Shown piece by piece: positions 50,076 to 62,742 of a DNA stretch of 64,000 bases. Positions within the stretch are counted from its first letter, which is position 1; each line of letters opens with the position of its first letter. The notes beneath the pieces were generated by a model that was given only the letters and a program-made list of their open reading frames with translations, did no database searches and was not told the origin of the DNA. Origin of the DNA: Callorhinchus milii (taxonomy: Eukaryota). The stretch is taken from positions 114,764,001-114,828,000 of the forward strand of contig NW_024704742.1 of the NCBI RefSeq assembly GCF_018977255.1. The letters run 5' to 3'. A program made the translations under genes and the position numbers.

Positions 50076-50262
50076 CTCCCCCCTCCCTCTCTCTCCCCCC
50101 TCCTCCCTCCCTCTCTCCCTCTCCTCCCTCCCCCCCCCTCCCTCTCTCCCCCCCCCCCCCCCCTCTCTCTCTCCCCCCTCCCTCCCTCTCTCTCTCTCCC
50201 CCCCTCTCTCTCTCTCCCCCTCCCTCTCTCTCTCTCTCTCTCTCCCCCCCTCCCTCTTCCCC
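50076..50262. repeat. Polypyrimidine (C/CT) tract
   Basis: About 185 nt of only C and T on the + strand. Confidence 0.95.
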
Positions 50263-50336
50263 TGTGTGGCTCAGGTTACTGACACACACACACACAGTTG
50301 CTCTGAGGATCTCCAAGTGCAAACAGGCAGCCCTCG

Positions 50337-51013
50337 GAGGCAGGCAGGACAGGCAGGGGGGGGGGGCAGGCGGGGGGGGGGGCAGGCAGGACAGGCGGGG
50401 GGGGGGCAGGTGGGGGGGGGGGCAGGCAGGACAGGCAGGGGGGGGGGGGGCAGGACAGGCAGGGGGGGGGCAGGCGGGGCAGGCGGGGGGGGGGGCAGGA
50501 CAGGCAGGGGGGGGGGGCAGGCAGGACAGGCGGGGGGGGGCAGGCAGGACAGGCAGGGGGGGGGGCAGGCGGGGGGGGGGGGGCAGGCGGGGGGGGGGGG
50601 CAGGCAGGACAGGCAGGGGGGGGGCAGGCAGGACAGGCAGGGGGGGGCAGGCAGGGAGGGGGGGGGGCAGGACAGGCAGGGGGGGGGGGGCAGGCAGGGA
50701 GGGCAGGACAGGCAGGGGGGGGGGGCAGGCAGGGAGGGCAGGACAGGCAGGGAGGGCAGGACAGGCAGGGGGGGGGGGCAGGACAGGCAGGGGGGGGGGC
50801 AGGACAGGCGGGGGGGGGGGCAGGACAGGCAGGGGGGGGGCAGGACAGGCAGGGGGGGGCAGGACAGGCAGGGGGGGGCAGGCAGGGAGGGCAGGACAGG
50901 CGGGGGGGCAGGACAGGCAGGGAGGGCAGGACAGGCAGGGAGGGCAGGACAGGCAGGGAGGGCAGGACAGGCAGGGAGGGCAGGACAGGCAGGGAGGGCA
51001 GGGCAGGACAGGC
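50337..51013. repeat. G-rich tandem array (ggcaggacaggca + G-run units)
   Basis: Repeated ggcaggacaggcag(g)n, changing to regular ggcaggacaggcagggag units at the right end. Confidence 0.95.
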
Positions 51014-51121
51014 GGAGCAGCAGAGATAGTGCACTGTACAAGTTGCTGAAGATCGCTGTCCGCACTTTATTTCAAAGCGACCCCGTGCGATCCGCGCAGT
51101 GCAGCCCGTGGGCGCTTGACC

Positions 51122-51202
51122 GTGTGTGTGTGTGTGTGTGTGTGTGTGGCTGTAGCCCCCCCCCGCCCCGCCCCCCCCCCCCCCCCCCCCCCGCCCCCCC
51201 CC
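51122..51202. repeat. (GT)n microsatellite followed by poly-C
   Basis: Seen directly. Confidence 0.9.
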
Positions 51203-54200
51203 GGTGCCGGTGCTCACACTAACCTTTAAACAACAACTTCTGGGCTCTGCAATTTGTTGCACAAAAAAAGTGCGCGCCCACAACTGCTCAGCAGCTCACA
51301 GTGCGGGTATATGGACCATATACACACACACACATACACAGTACTGTACACATTAAAATTTTCTGGTACCGGTACCTTTATGTTTCCCTTATCCCTACAG
51401 TCTTTCTGCATCGGTCGCAACAGGCGACATGTAACTGCCACCACACTGTGTACCATTGGTACAAGTGCAGCTTTAGTATTCAGTGCTGACACATCTCTTG
51501 GGGTTTCTCTCGTTTTAATTTCCTTTTTAAGTACTGCGCTGTTATATTTTGGGCTTTTGCCACGTGAAATGCAAAGGAGTGGAAATCGAAGCCACTCCAC
51601 CAAACTGGGAAGAATTGCCTCTTTATTTTATTGCATTTTTTTTTCTTATTTCCCAAAAGGTATTATTGTTGAATAACACGCGGAGAATGCCAAGTGTGTG
51701 TTGTGGAAGAGGCCAGAAATAGTCAATTATTAAACATTCATACCGATCTACGTTTAAATTCCATTTGAACTTATTTAACATTTAATTTTCAAACTGTACG
51801 GGTATCCAAACTTGGCTACTGTGGACATTACTGAAGTAGAAATGCTTATTAGGAATATTAATGTAGAGGCGTCAAATTCGCAAAGGTTGCGAAATGATTG
51901 TTTCACGAGAAAGAAGGAAGTTGCTGGTTTATAACAGCGTATCAGGTCGAAACATCTGAAAGCACTTTCCAGGAATTACTGTCAAGTGTAGTGACTGCAG
52001 GCAAACATTGCAATCAGCAATCATTTGTGCACATCAAAGTCCCAGAAACAGCAAGGCGACAAATGCCCAATTTATCTGGAGGATTGTTGGGAGAAATTCC
52101 CTTCCTTTTCTAAATAGTGTCATGGGAAGCGATCTTGAACTTCTCATCTGAAAGATGGCACCTCCAGCAATGCAGCACTGCCCCAATCCAGTCCTGAAAG
52201 GTCAGCCTTGGTTATGGTGGACTCCAGTCCTGTTGTGGTGCTTGAATCCGTAACCTTTTGATCTAAAGGTGAGTGATATCAAATGAGTCAAGATGACATC
52301 TCTGCTGGGTGAATCCTGCTAGTAGTTGGGCAAACCAGCTAGAACTCTCACACTGATCCACAATTCAACTTCACAAAAGTTAAACATTTAGATTGTCTTC
52401 AGCCCAGGGCTCTGATGTGTTCTGTGGGTCAGTGGGTCAAACACAGACACATTCAGAATTCATACATTGCAAATCTATTTGTGACTTTTGCAAATTGCTT
52501 CAGAATCACAGAAATTATAGCATCAGATGCGGCCCTTCAAGTCTAAAATTGTCTTCTACTCCCAGTACCCTGCCTTTTCTCTATATTTAAAAGAAGGGAG
52601 TTTCTTCAAATAGCCATTTGGGGCAAAACATTTGTTGCATTTATTCTCTCTTCTACTGTCAGACAAGACCAGGCAAATAGTATCAAGATAAATGTAATGT
52701 TCTGGCTCAACCAACAGGTGGTGTACTCGCTATCATTTCCCCTCAAATGGACATCCTCCTAATCTGTTTTGGAAAAATATTGGACATTATAGTAATAAGA
52801 ATAAGAGGAGATAAACAAGTGTTCAGATCCCAACACTAACTTGCATTGACTCCCAATTGATTCCCATCAGTTCCCTTCTAAACAAAATAATAAGTCTATA
52901 AATTGTACTTTCACATTAGCCTAATTTTTATAGGAAAATAAAATATGATTGGGATCAATAAATGCTATGATAGCTTTACAAATTTAATGATCATTATTGC
53001 AAATGCAATAATGTCCTTCTATCTAGTCCTAGTCACACTTTAGTGTAGAAAGTACTATTTCCTGAATACAATATTGTTTGAAAATTACAGAGGCAACTAT
53101 GCATCAATAATAATATTATTCCTTGCATTTGGTATAGCGCCTTTTCATGTCGAAAGGATATCTCAAGCGCTTCACAGGATTCACTATGAAATGTAGTGAT
53201 TGTATGTTTGTGGGCAGAACATGAAAATGACAAAAATTGCTAATGCAGAGACAACCTTCTGTGGCTATTAGTTAATGGGGAACTATCCAGACAACCCAGC
53301 AGTTAATTACTGAACAAATTTGTTCCCAACAGTTTAAAACTCAATTAATTCCTAATTGCATAATTAAACGTTTGAAGATGTTGACACAGTCATTCATTCT
53401 TGTATGTCATTTGACTCATTAAAGTCTTTGTACCCCTTCACATTATCACCCCCACCCTCTCCTTTTCCTGAATCCCAACCATGAATCAGTCAGAACAATT
53501 TTAAAAAATCGTGGGTTCCGTTCCACAGAGTTGTTTCTTTGATCACAGCTGAGTCCTACTCACTATCCCAGCCCTGATAAACCCATTGTATGTTTGATTG
53601 CACTGTTAATCCCTTTCTTAGTCAGCATGAAAACCTATGACTGCAGATGGCAGTTGGGAACATGGCACAGGATCTATGTAACAAGCTGCCACATCAACAG
53701 AAAGCAGACAGAACAAGCAACAAGTTGCTGTTGCAATATACTGAGTCACCCTGTGATGCTGCACTCTCTAAATTCTCCCCCTTTCAGCCATGCGGTTTGT
53801 AGAAAGAACTTCCCTAACAAGCAGGGGGGAAGTAATTTCAGCGTGTTTGTTTGCAGTCAGTGTCAAATCAAAATCGCCAGAGGCCTGACAGGAGGTCACC
53901 AACTTAAGGATAAGAAGCGAAGAAAATAAATGATTTGCTAAAATGATGCTAGATTATAAACTGAAAATAACGGGCATCGGTCCCAATTGTTGATTCTTAT
54001 CAGTCACTAGGGGTTGTGGTGGACGCAAATTTTGTTTGGACACTGGGATCGTGCTGAGAAGGCGTGACGTGTACTTTGGTCCATCTGGTCGCTCTTCAAG
54101 GTCCCACTGAATTAGTGACTATCCTCCTGGCATGTAGGGTGAGATGGGTCTACTTGTTGCTGAACTAGCTCCAAGGTGATATGCTTGGCAATAAAATGGC

Positions 54201-54989
54201 AGAATTAACTCAGCCCTCTGGGGAAGTCTCGTAGTAATCCAGGGCACTGCTGATGACTGTCCAGCGAGACTTGATCATCAGTAGGACTTGAAGGGGCAGA
54301 TGCAGGGGTGGGACTCTTTCCACTCAGCTCCTGTTAACTTGCACGTCAAAGTCCTAACAGGCAGGTTAGTTATAGCTGGACAAACAGTAGGAAAGCTCTT
54401 CAGACAGTGCTTGGGATGCAAGGCAATCTCAGTTTGGTTAGGATACGCTTAAGCACAGAGAAAGGTTTCCGCATGTCAGATACTTGGCTAACCCAAAAAA
54501 TCTGAAAACTGATCAGTTGTGAAACTATCGTAAATTCTTTGAATAACAATGAAATGCTCAAAGCATTTGATTTTGTCATTTTTGGACACTTAGCAATGTG
54601 CTTCCATTGATGACCAACAATCTAGTTTATATGCTGTTGTATGAAATATACCCACAGTTTCCTTCAGCGTCCTCTAGTAACACCTGACTCTGTTTGTTCA
54701 CACAATAACCCATCATAATAACTAGGTATACAACCGAGAGAAGTATAGAACTACCTCCTGAGGATTGTGGCGTACATGGCTTGTGCTATTTAAGGATTTA
54801 ATAAATAAAATGACCTTGTGATCAATCAGGTATTGTGAAAAACAAAAGACTCTGAGGGACATTTTGACTGGAATAAAAACAGTGGCACTTTGCTACAGCT
54901 ATATAAAAAAAATCTGGAGCTTTGCTTTAATTGGATATTCTATGGGGGAATTGGATGGAACATTGGCCTTTCACCTCCAGGACATAGAT

Positions 54990-55488
54990 ACAATACAATA
55001 CAAAATTAGATTTGTAAAGCGCCTTTCACATTAGGAGGGCATCCCAAAGTGCTGAATAGTCAGGGATTATTAGGACCCGAACAGTAGGGTGATGGGGGGG
55101 TGGGGGTTGGGATCAGGGAGGATGGAAGTCATAGAGGGTAGGAGGGTGGTCGAGGGCATGGTTGAAGAAAAGGGTCTTGAGGCGTGCCTTGAAGGAGGCA
55201 AGGGAAGGAGCGAGGCGAAGGTAATGTGGGATGGAGTTCCAGAGTGTGGGGCAGAGAGGCTGAAGGTCCAACCACCGATGGTGGAGTGGGTTGGGCGGGG
55301 TGATGTAGCAAGCTGGAGCCTGCTGAGCAGAGGGAGCAGACAGGCTGATAAGGGGTCAGCAGGTCAGAGAGGTAGGAGGGGGTAACGCCATGGAGGGCCT
55401 TGAAGGTGAGGACAAGGATTTTGAACTCCATCCTCTGAGGGATGGGGAGCTAGTGGAGCCTCGCGAGGGTGGGTTTGATGACCCCATC
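54990..55488 (-). mobile_element. L2 3' fragment
   Basis: MEFKILVLTFKALHGVTPSYLSDLLTPYQP; L2 tail at left. Confidence 0.88.
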
Positions 55489-55499
55489 CAATAAAAAGA

Positions 55500-55886
55500 C
55501 ATATTGCATAAACCAGGTCTGTATTCCCTTGAGTTTATAAGGTTGAGGGGTGATCTGATTGAGGTGTTTAAAATGATAAAGGGATTCGATAGAACATGGG
55601 GGCTTCATCTTAAAATTAGAGTGAAACCATTTAGGAGTGAAATCAGAAAGAATTTTTTCACACAATGGGTAGTGGAAATCTGGAACTCTCTCTCCCCAAA
55701 AGGCTGTGGATCCATTCACATTTTCAAGACTGAGGTGGATAGATTTTTGTTAGGTAAGGATATCAAGGGATATTGGAGCAAAAGGTGGGTGTTTCGAGTT
55801 GAGGTACAGATCAGCAATGATTTAAAAGAATGGCAGAACAGGCTTGAGCAGTTGAATGGCCTACTCCTTTTCTTATGTTCCTATGG
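55500..55886 (+). mobile_element. CR1 3' fragment
   Basis: LYSLEFIRLRGDLIEVFKMIKG...NFFTQWVVEIWNSL; tail cttatgttcctatg. Confidence 0.9.
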
Positions 55887-57667
55887 TTGATGGCCTTTGT
55901 TCAACCAGTTAACAGTCATAGATTCACAACATTTTAAAGTACAGAAGGATTCAGCCCATCTTGCCTGTGCCTGTGTCAACTCTTGAACATACTTTTGCAT
56001 TAAGTCCAACTCTCCTGCCCTTTCCCCATGTCATATGATATTTTTCTTTATCAAGTATTTGTGAAATTCACTTTCGAAAGCTAATATGGATTCTGCTTCA
56101 ACAATCATTTTAGCAGGACACTTAATTATCTAATAGCCACTTAATGTTGAGCTGTATGAATTGCTTTGAGCTGTGTGAACAGCACTATATAAATGTAAAT
56201 TGCTATTGTAATAACCTTGTTAGGAGTTCTTTGGTAACTATTTCAAGTAGTCATTCTTCATGTTTCATACATGTGGAAACCTATGCTTAAGACTGTCTTA
56301 AAAGGAATATCCTTGTGTCTGAAATACAACATGTACTGTCTCCCTGGAGGGATGCACTCTGCTTACCTAATTCTAGAGAGTATTAGGCACAGATAGTTGA
56401 GAGTTAAGGCTTGGGGACCCCAAAGTATACATTGGGGTACTGCTGGAATTCAACCAGCTAACACCACAAAGCTTGACTTTGAGAGCAGTGTTTGGCAACC
56501 TGCAAGCCAAACCTTTTCCTTTATTTTCTATTTTTAACCGTTTGCTCCAATTAAACATTCAATGTGGGCACCATTAAAGGCAACTTTTAAAATCATAATC
56601 AAGTATTTCTTCTTTTTCTGAATGACATTGATGAATGCAAGTTGCACACTGATGCTACCAAAGCACTTCAAAGTTCAGCATTCCCCCACTGTAGAATAGT
56701 CTCTGAAAAGGACAGTCCTTATAGAATAGTCGGATTGTGCTATCAAAGAAAGGTTTTCATGTTTTAGACATCAAAACAAGAATTTCCTTGCATTGTGGAC
56801 TGATATTTTATGACAGATAGAAGCTGAGGGGAATGGCCTTCTTTTCTGTATACTAGTGTATTGCCTTACAGTGTTTATCATGTCATTTTGTAAAGCTGGT
56901 TCAGTGCAAATAAATTTAACAAGGTATGAAAATTATAAAAACTCTCCTGTTTGTTAATATTTAATATCACTATCTGTGCACATGACTGATGAGCACATTA
57001 GATAAGGTTGCCCATGGAGCCACACCCCAACAAAAACATGTACCTTTGTGCAGAAAGGATATGAAGAAAGTTAAAACATATTTTCAATATTGTGTTCAAT
57101 ATTTTTCTTGATTTCAGACTTTTCTACATCTCCTGTTCTGCCATTTTTGATTCAGAAATGAAATGGTGAAAAGCCACAACAGAAAGTTCATAGCTCGAAT
57201 AGGGACATTTTAACCCAAATTGAGAATCTTATGGTTTATTATGGGGCAGAAACACAGTGCACTGTGTGAAGAACTTACATTTAATAGTGAAGTGACCTGC
57301 TTTGTAATTTAATTATAAAATAGATTTTTTAAATGTTACAGCTAGAACTATGGACATTTGTTAGACATACAGTTCAGTCATTCTTAAAATACATTGGATG
57401 ACAATACACCATAGATTGGGAGGACCGGTCTGATAACTATTGTTATAAGGATGATCGCCATTATTTGCCAGCTTTGTAACTTTCAGGGAACATAAATGCA
57501 ATGACAACCACAGGACTCAAGACGTTGTAAAAAGGTTTTCCTTATTGGAAATTATTACTAACTTTCATACTATTAGAAAGAACAAGAAAGAGATGGGCTT
57601 CCGGAATTCATTAATTTTAGTTAAATAAATAAATAAATCACATGACAATGTGGGTTGAGGATGAAAT

Positions 57668-58352
57668 CTATAATAATAATCCTTGTATTTGATATAGTGT
57701 CTTATGTTGTCGAAACATCTCAAAGCATTACACAGGATTTACTTTTGTGACCGTTGCAAATGTAACAGCCAACATGAATACAACAATATCCCTCAAACAG
57801 AACAAAGTGAATGACAAATTTTAAATGGAGGGTTAATGGCCGGACACGAGGAGAAACTCCCTTCTCTTTTGAATACTGCTGTTGAATCTTTAACAACAAC
57901 AACAAGATTACATTTGTTGCGCCTTTCATGTCGGGAGGACATCCCAAGGCGCTGGACAGTGTACAGTGTTTCAGACTCAAGCTGGGGTCAGGGGGGGAGA
58001 AGGGAGGGGAGTGACCGATGGCATGGTCGAAGAGGAGGGTTTTGAGGCAGGATTTGAAAGAGGCTAAGGAGGGGGCGAGGCAGAGTGATTGGGGGATGGA
58101 ATTCCAGAGGTTGGGGGCAGAGTGGCTGAAGGCTCTCCCACCAATAGTGGGGCGGGTGGATCGGGTTAACGTCCATGTGAACAGGCAGATGGGGCCTGTG
58201 TTTAACATCTCTGCACCTCTGACCATGTAGTGCAACCCAAGCATCGTACTAGAGTGTCAGCTTAGACTGTGACTTCAAAGTCCTGATGTGGGGCTTGAAC
58301 CTATAATCTTCTGAGTCAGAGGTGAGAGTGTTACTGACTGAGCCAGGCTGAC
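57668..58352 (-). mobile_element. Older Deu-core SINE split by an L2 insertion
   Basis: Head at about 58285-58352; body resumes on both sides of 57895-58165. Confidence 0.75.
57895..58165 (-). mobile_element. L2 3' end inserted into an older SINE, 5-bp TSD (ttaac)
   Basis: RPTIGGRAFSHSAPNLWNSIP; ttaac at 57890-57894 and 58166-58170. Confidence 0.88.
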
Positions 58353-59409
58353 ACTCTCTATCATTTTGAATACATTCTACGCTTCAAAACAAATTAACCT
58401 CGTAAAATGTAATCTATAGTTTGTGCTTGATTGTGTTTATTATTTTCTTTCCTTGGCACAAGTTTGCATTAAGCCGTAATACTTCACTCTTCAATACTTC
58501 GGCCTGAAGCACAAATTCCCATAAACACAAAAGATTGGCCGTGGTTCTAAAAGTAATATTGCTAAAGGGAATGTGTGAGATATTCCCAGATCACAAGAGT
58601 CTGCTTACATGAACATGTGGAATGCTCAGTCTGGTTTAGGATGCTCTTAACCTCTTATGGTGATGAGTTTCTGCATGTGAAAGACACCCAGCTGACCAAA
58701 AATAATTATATGAAATGTGTGCATGACTTAATAGAAGAGAGTTCTGTAACATCTTTCAAATTGTAACACCAACGTTGTGTGATTGTCTGAAACAACAGCC
58801 TGAGATGTTCAGGTAATGAAAATAGTGTTTAAATAATGGGCTGTCGTTGCAGGCATTAGAACCATCCAAAGCATTACCTGCATTGCCACAATGTATAATA
58901 CTCTTCCTCACTGTGTTATCCTGTACATCAGGGTTGCTTACAAGTGAAAAGAAGCAAGCAAGGTTATAATTTTGAATGGTATAATATTAATTTTATTGCT
59001 TGTTACACTGAAAGTTGCAAATAAATAAATAGAAAACTGCAGCTTTTGGAATATATAAGTAAGTATAATTGGTATATATACTTGAAAAGGAAAAAATTGC
59101 AAGGCTATGGGGAAAGAGCGGAGAAGTGGGACTAACTGGACAGCTCTGTCAAAGAGCCAGCACAGGCATGATGGGCCGAATGGCCTTCTTCTGCGCTGTA
59201 AGATACTATGATTTTATTAAATCTGGAAAATAAACAGATATTAGATATTTAGAGATCAAATACCATCTGAAGTGAAAAGATTAAAATGTCATGTCATATA
59301 CCTTTACTTAAAAAATCATAGTCCATTTTATTATTAAGGCTTTATTATTAGTTAACAGCTCCCCTATGTTCCATAGAGCCTACCAGCATCAGCATCCAAG
59401 GATGCACAC

Positions 59410-59955
59410 TCCACCAATGCCCTGCTTGTCTGCCTTCCCAACTCTTCCCTCCACAAGCTGCAGGTCATCCAGAACTCTCCCGCACCAGGCTCCATGACCC
59501 CATCAAACCCACCCTCGCTCAGCTCCACTGGTTCCCCATCCCTTAGAGGATGGAGTTCAAAATTCTCGTTCTCACCTTCAAGACTCTCCATGGCCTTGAC
59601 CCCTCCTACCTCTCTAACCTGTTAACCCCTTGACAACCTGTCTGCTCCCTCCTCTGATCCATGTCCCCCTGGGCCCACCCCACAATCGGCAGTCAGACCA
59701 TCAGCCTCTCTGCCCCCACCCTCTGGAACTCAATCTCACATTCTCTTCGCCTCACTCCCTCTCTTGCCTCCTTCAAGATGTGCCTCAAGACCCTCCTCTT
59801 CGACTGTGCCCTCGGCCACCCCCTACCTTCTCCGCCTTCCACCGTCCCTGATTCCAAACCCCCCTCCTCCCCCCACTCGGGTCCTAATCTTTGACTGTTC
59901 AGCACCTTGGGACATCCTCCCGACATGATAGGCGCTTTACAAATGTAATTTTGTA
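59410..59955 (+). mobile_element. L2 3' fragment
   Basis: ctccacaagctgcaggtcatccagaactct; APTLWNSI; tail. Confidence 0.88.
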
Positions 59956-60524
59956 TGGTATGTCAGTGAATAAGAACTACAACAACAACAAAATTATATA
60001 TATAGAGCGCCTTTCACGTCGGGAGGATGTCCCAAGGAGCTTCGCGTCAGCGAGACATCTCAAAGAATATACTGTAAAGTGAATTGACTATATTTTGTGG
60101 GTGAAATGCGGCAGCCAAATGCGCACAGAAGTGTTCCACAAACAGTTATGGATTGAGTGATGAATTTAGAAAAATCGCCCAAAAAAAGTTTTTTTGGGGG
60201 AAAAAAAATTGGGAGCTTGTGATTTATTTTATCTTTATCGCAGCCATTTTCTCGGTCACCCTCTGTGAGGCCATCACTTGAGTGGGTGGCAAAGCAGGGG
60301 CATTCCCACACAGCCATGGTTCCGCTTGACAGAGAGATTAAGGGAAGAGAGGAGAGGGGGATGGAAGGAAATTAGATTTAATAACAAGAAAATTTCCGGA
60401 ATATTTTTTGCTACGTAACTTGAAGCCAAAAGATTGCTACGTATTAAACAACAGGTAATCCACATTGAAGGATGTTAAATGACCAACTGGTGATTATGCT
60501 CCTGGAAGGATGGGAGGAGGTAAG

Positions 60525-61912
60525 TGGTTGTTAACTGGCTCTAGGGTGTCAGGCATGGCAAAGGAATGGTGAATTCAAGCCAACCCTCTGTGGCAGTCTC
60601 GCTTATCAGTTGAGTCTGCAGTACTCTACGGTTCATGACAGTCCAGCCATCCTGGCGCATCTCTAGGATTTGGAGAGGGAGACCAGTCACTGGAGATATA
60701 GATTCTTCCCACTCACAGCTACTGTTAACCCTGCAAGCCGAAGTTCTATTTGGTAGGGTGGTCTGATCTAAACAAGCAGTGGGAAAGCTTACCTGGCAGT
60801 GCTTGCAAATGGCGAGTTATGTGGTTTTAACTAATCAAACTCCAAGAGTACCCAGAACATACTCTGGTGTCCCCAAGGTAGGGTAGTAGACAGTGAGAAT
60901 GATAGTAGCCAACTGCAGGAAGACATAGACAGAATGATAAAACGGGCAGACACATGGCAGATGAGTTTCAATGTGGAGAAATACGAGGTAATGAATTTTG
61001 GTAGAAAGAATGAGGGGAGGCAATATAGGATAGGTAATACAATCTTAAGGGGGGCTAAAAGAACAGAGAGACCTGGGGGTTCAGGTAAATGAATCCTCGA
61101 AGGTGGCAGAACAGGTAGATAAAGCTGTAAAAAGGGCATATGGGATTCTAGGCTTTATAAATAGGGGCATAGAGTACAAGAGTCAGGAGGTTATGATTAA
61201 CCTATATAAAACACTGGTTAGGCCTCAGTTAGAATACTGCGCCCAGTTCTGGGCACCACACTATAGGAAGGATGTTAAGGCATTGGAAAGGGTGCAGAGG
61301 AGATTTACGAGGATGGTACCAGGAATGAGGGATCTTGATTATGAGGAAAGGCTGGAGATGTTAGGATTATTCTCATTGGAACAGAGAAGGTTAAGAGGAG
61401 ACCTAATAGAGGTCTTCAAATCATGAGGGGATTTGATAGGTTAGAAAGGGAAAAACTGTTTCCACTGGTGGGTGTGTCGGTGACTCGAGGTCACAGATTC
61501 AAAATAGTCTCTAAAAGAAGCAGAGGGGAGGTGAGAAGAAATGTTTTCACGCAGTGAGTTGTTCGAATCTGGAATGCATTGCCTGAAAGGGTGGTCGAGG
61601 CCGATTCGATAACTACTTTTAAAAACGCGGTGGACGGGTATTTGAGGAGGACAGGTTCGCAGGGTTATGGGAAAGGGCTGGGGAGTGGGATTGACATTAA
61701 TTGCTCTATTCAAAGAGCCGGCACAAACTTGATGGGCCGAATGGCCTCTTTTTGTACTGTACGACTATGATTCTATGAGCCTTGGCTCCTGACAATCAGT
61801 GCCTAATACAAGGAAGAGTATCATTCCAATTCATGGAAATTTTCATGTGTAGATGGGATATGTGGAACTCTGTTTAGTATGGATACTCTTAAGCATGGTG
61901 ATGGGTTTTATA
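60525..61912 (+). repeat. Unclassified dispersed repeat, copy split by CR1 (60525-60877 and 61778-61912)
   Basis: Collinear similarity to 6560-6900, 12420-12655, 54080-54430 and reverse copies at 30180-30455 and 56265-56510. Confidence 0.7.
60878..61777 (+). mobile_element. 5'-truncated CR1 LINE
   Basis: LYKTLVRPQLEYCAQFWAPHYRKDVKALERVQRRFTRM; 3' end gatgggccgaatggcctc...ctatgattctatga. Confidence 0.95.
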
Positions 61913-62709
61913 CATAACATAACAATAGGCAAATAACAATGAAACACACATACAATGCCAACCAATCACAGGGGTAAACACGTTAGAAAGGCAGTCAACA
62001 ATATAAAGATAATTTCATAGCGGAAAGCACACATTATTACTCTTAATTGATCTGCCTTTTCTGTTTTATGGAAATGTTTGTACTCGTCTATGATTTGATT
62101 TTAATGAAACAAAAAAGCATCAATTATTCTTCCCTGCAGTTTAAAAACCAATACGTGCCAATTTTGTAACTGCATTGTAAGCTTAGTCTATAGAAAGATA
62201 AATATATTTCTATTGCAAAATTGATTTTGTTTTGAGAGTCAATTAACTAGAAAAACAAGTAATTCTGACAGAATATCCTCTGGCAGTGTTGCTAGAAATG
62301 GTTTGGGAATCATTGAGAAGGCAGCTCCAAAATACTGAGAAGCAATAGAGCAAAGAAGCTTTACAATTGTGGAGTGAAGAATATACCACCAGCATTTTTA
62401 CCTCTGGCTGTTTATGTTGAATATTTTCTTGTCATTTTTATCAAGTTTAACCATTCCCTACATGCCTTCATGATCTCATCCCATGGTCTATCGCTAAACC
62501 TAAGGGAATTTTTTCCAATGATTGTTTTGGAGCATTTCAAATCCAAAGGGCAGATTTGTCCCCTGGTCCTGCACTGCAGCAGAACATCATGCCTGGTTTT
62601 GAAGTTCTTATTCTTAGGAAACACTACTTCAGTGAGTGAGTAGTAAACATATGGAACAGGCTCCCTCGGGAAACGGTGGAAGCAGAAAATGTAGTTTCTT
62701 TCAAGACAG

Positions 62710-62742
<33 letters not shown>

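Larger units (their letters stand above)
49244..51310 (-). promoter_or_regulatory. Putative RASGRF2 5'UTR and promoter region
   Basis: Directly upstream of the start codon; free of SINE/LINE insertions; CpG-enriched patch near 51050-51310; TSS cannot be placed from sequence. Confidence 0.55.

Noticed and set aside
49990..51283. Long Gly/Pro/Cys-rich ORFs of 261-410 aa on both strands
   Set aside because: Stop-free translation of the G-rich and C-rich arrays; open in several frames at once
54226..54272. Hammerhead-like motif ctgatga...cgagac in the unclassified repeat
   Set aside because: GAAA core is GAGA, stems do not fit hammerhead topology, and the motif is not kept in the 60.6-kb copy
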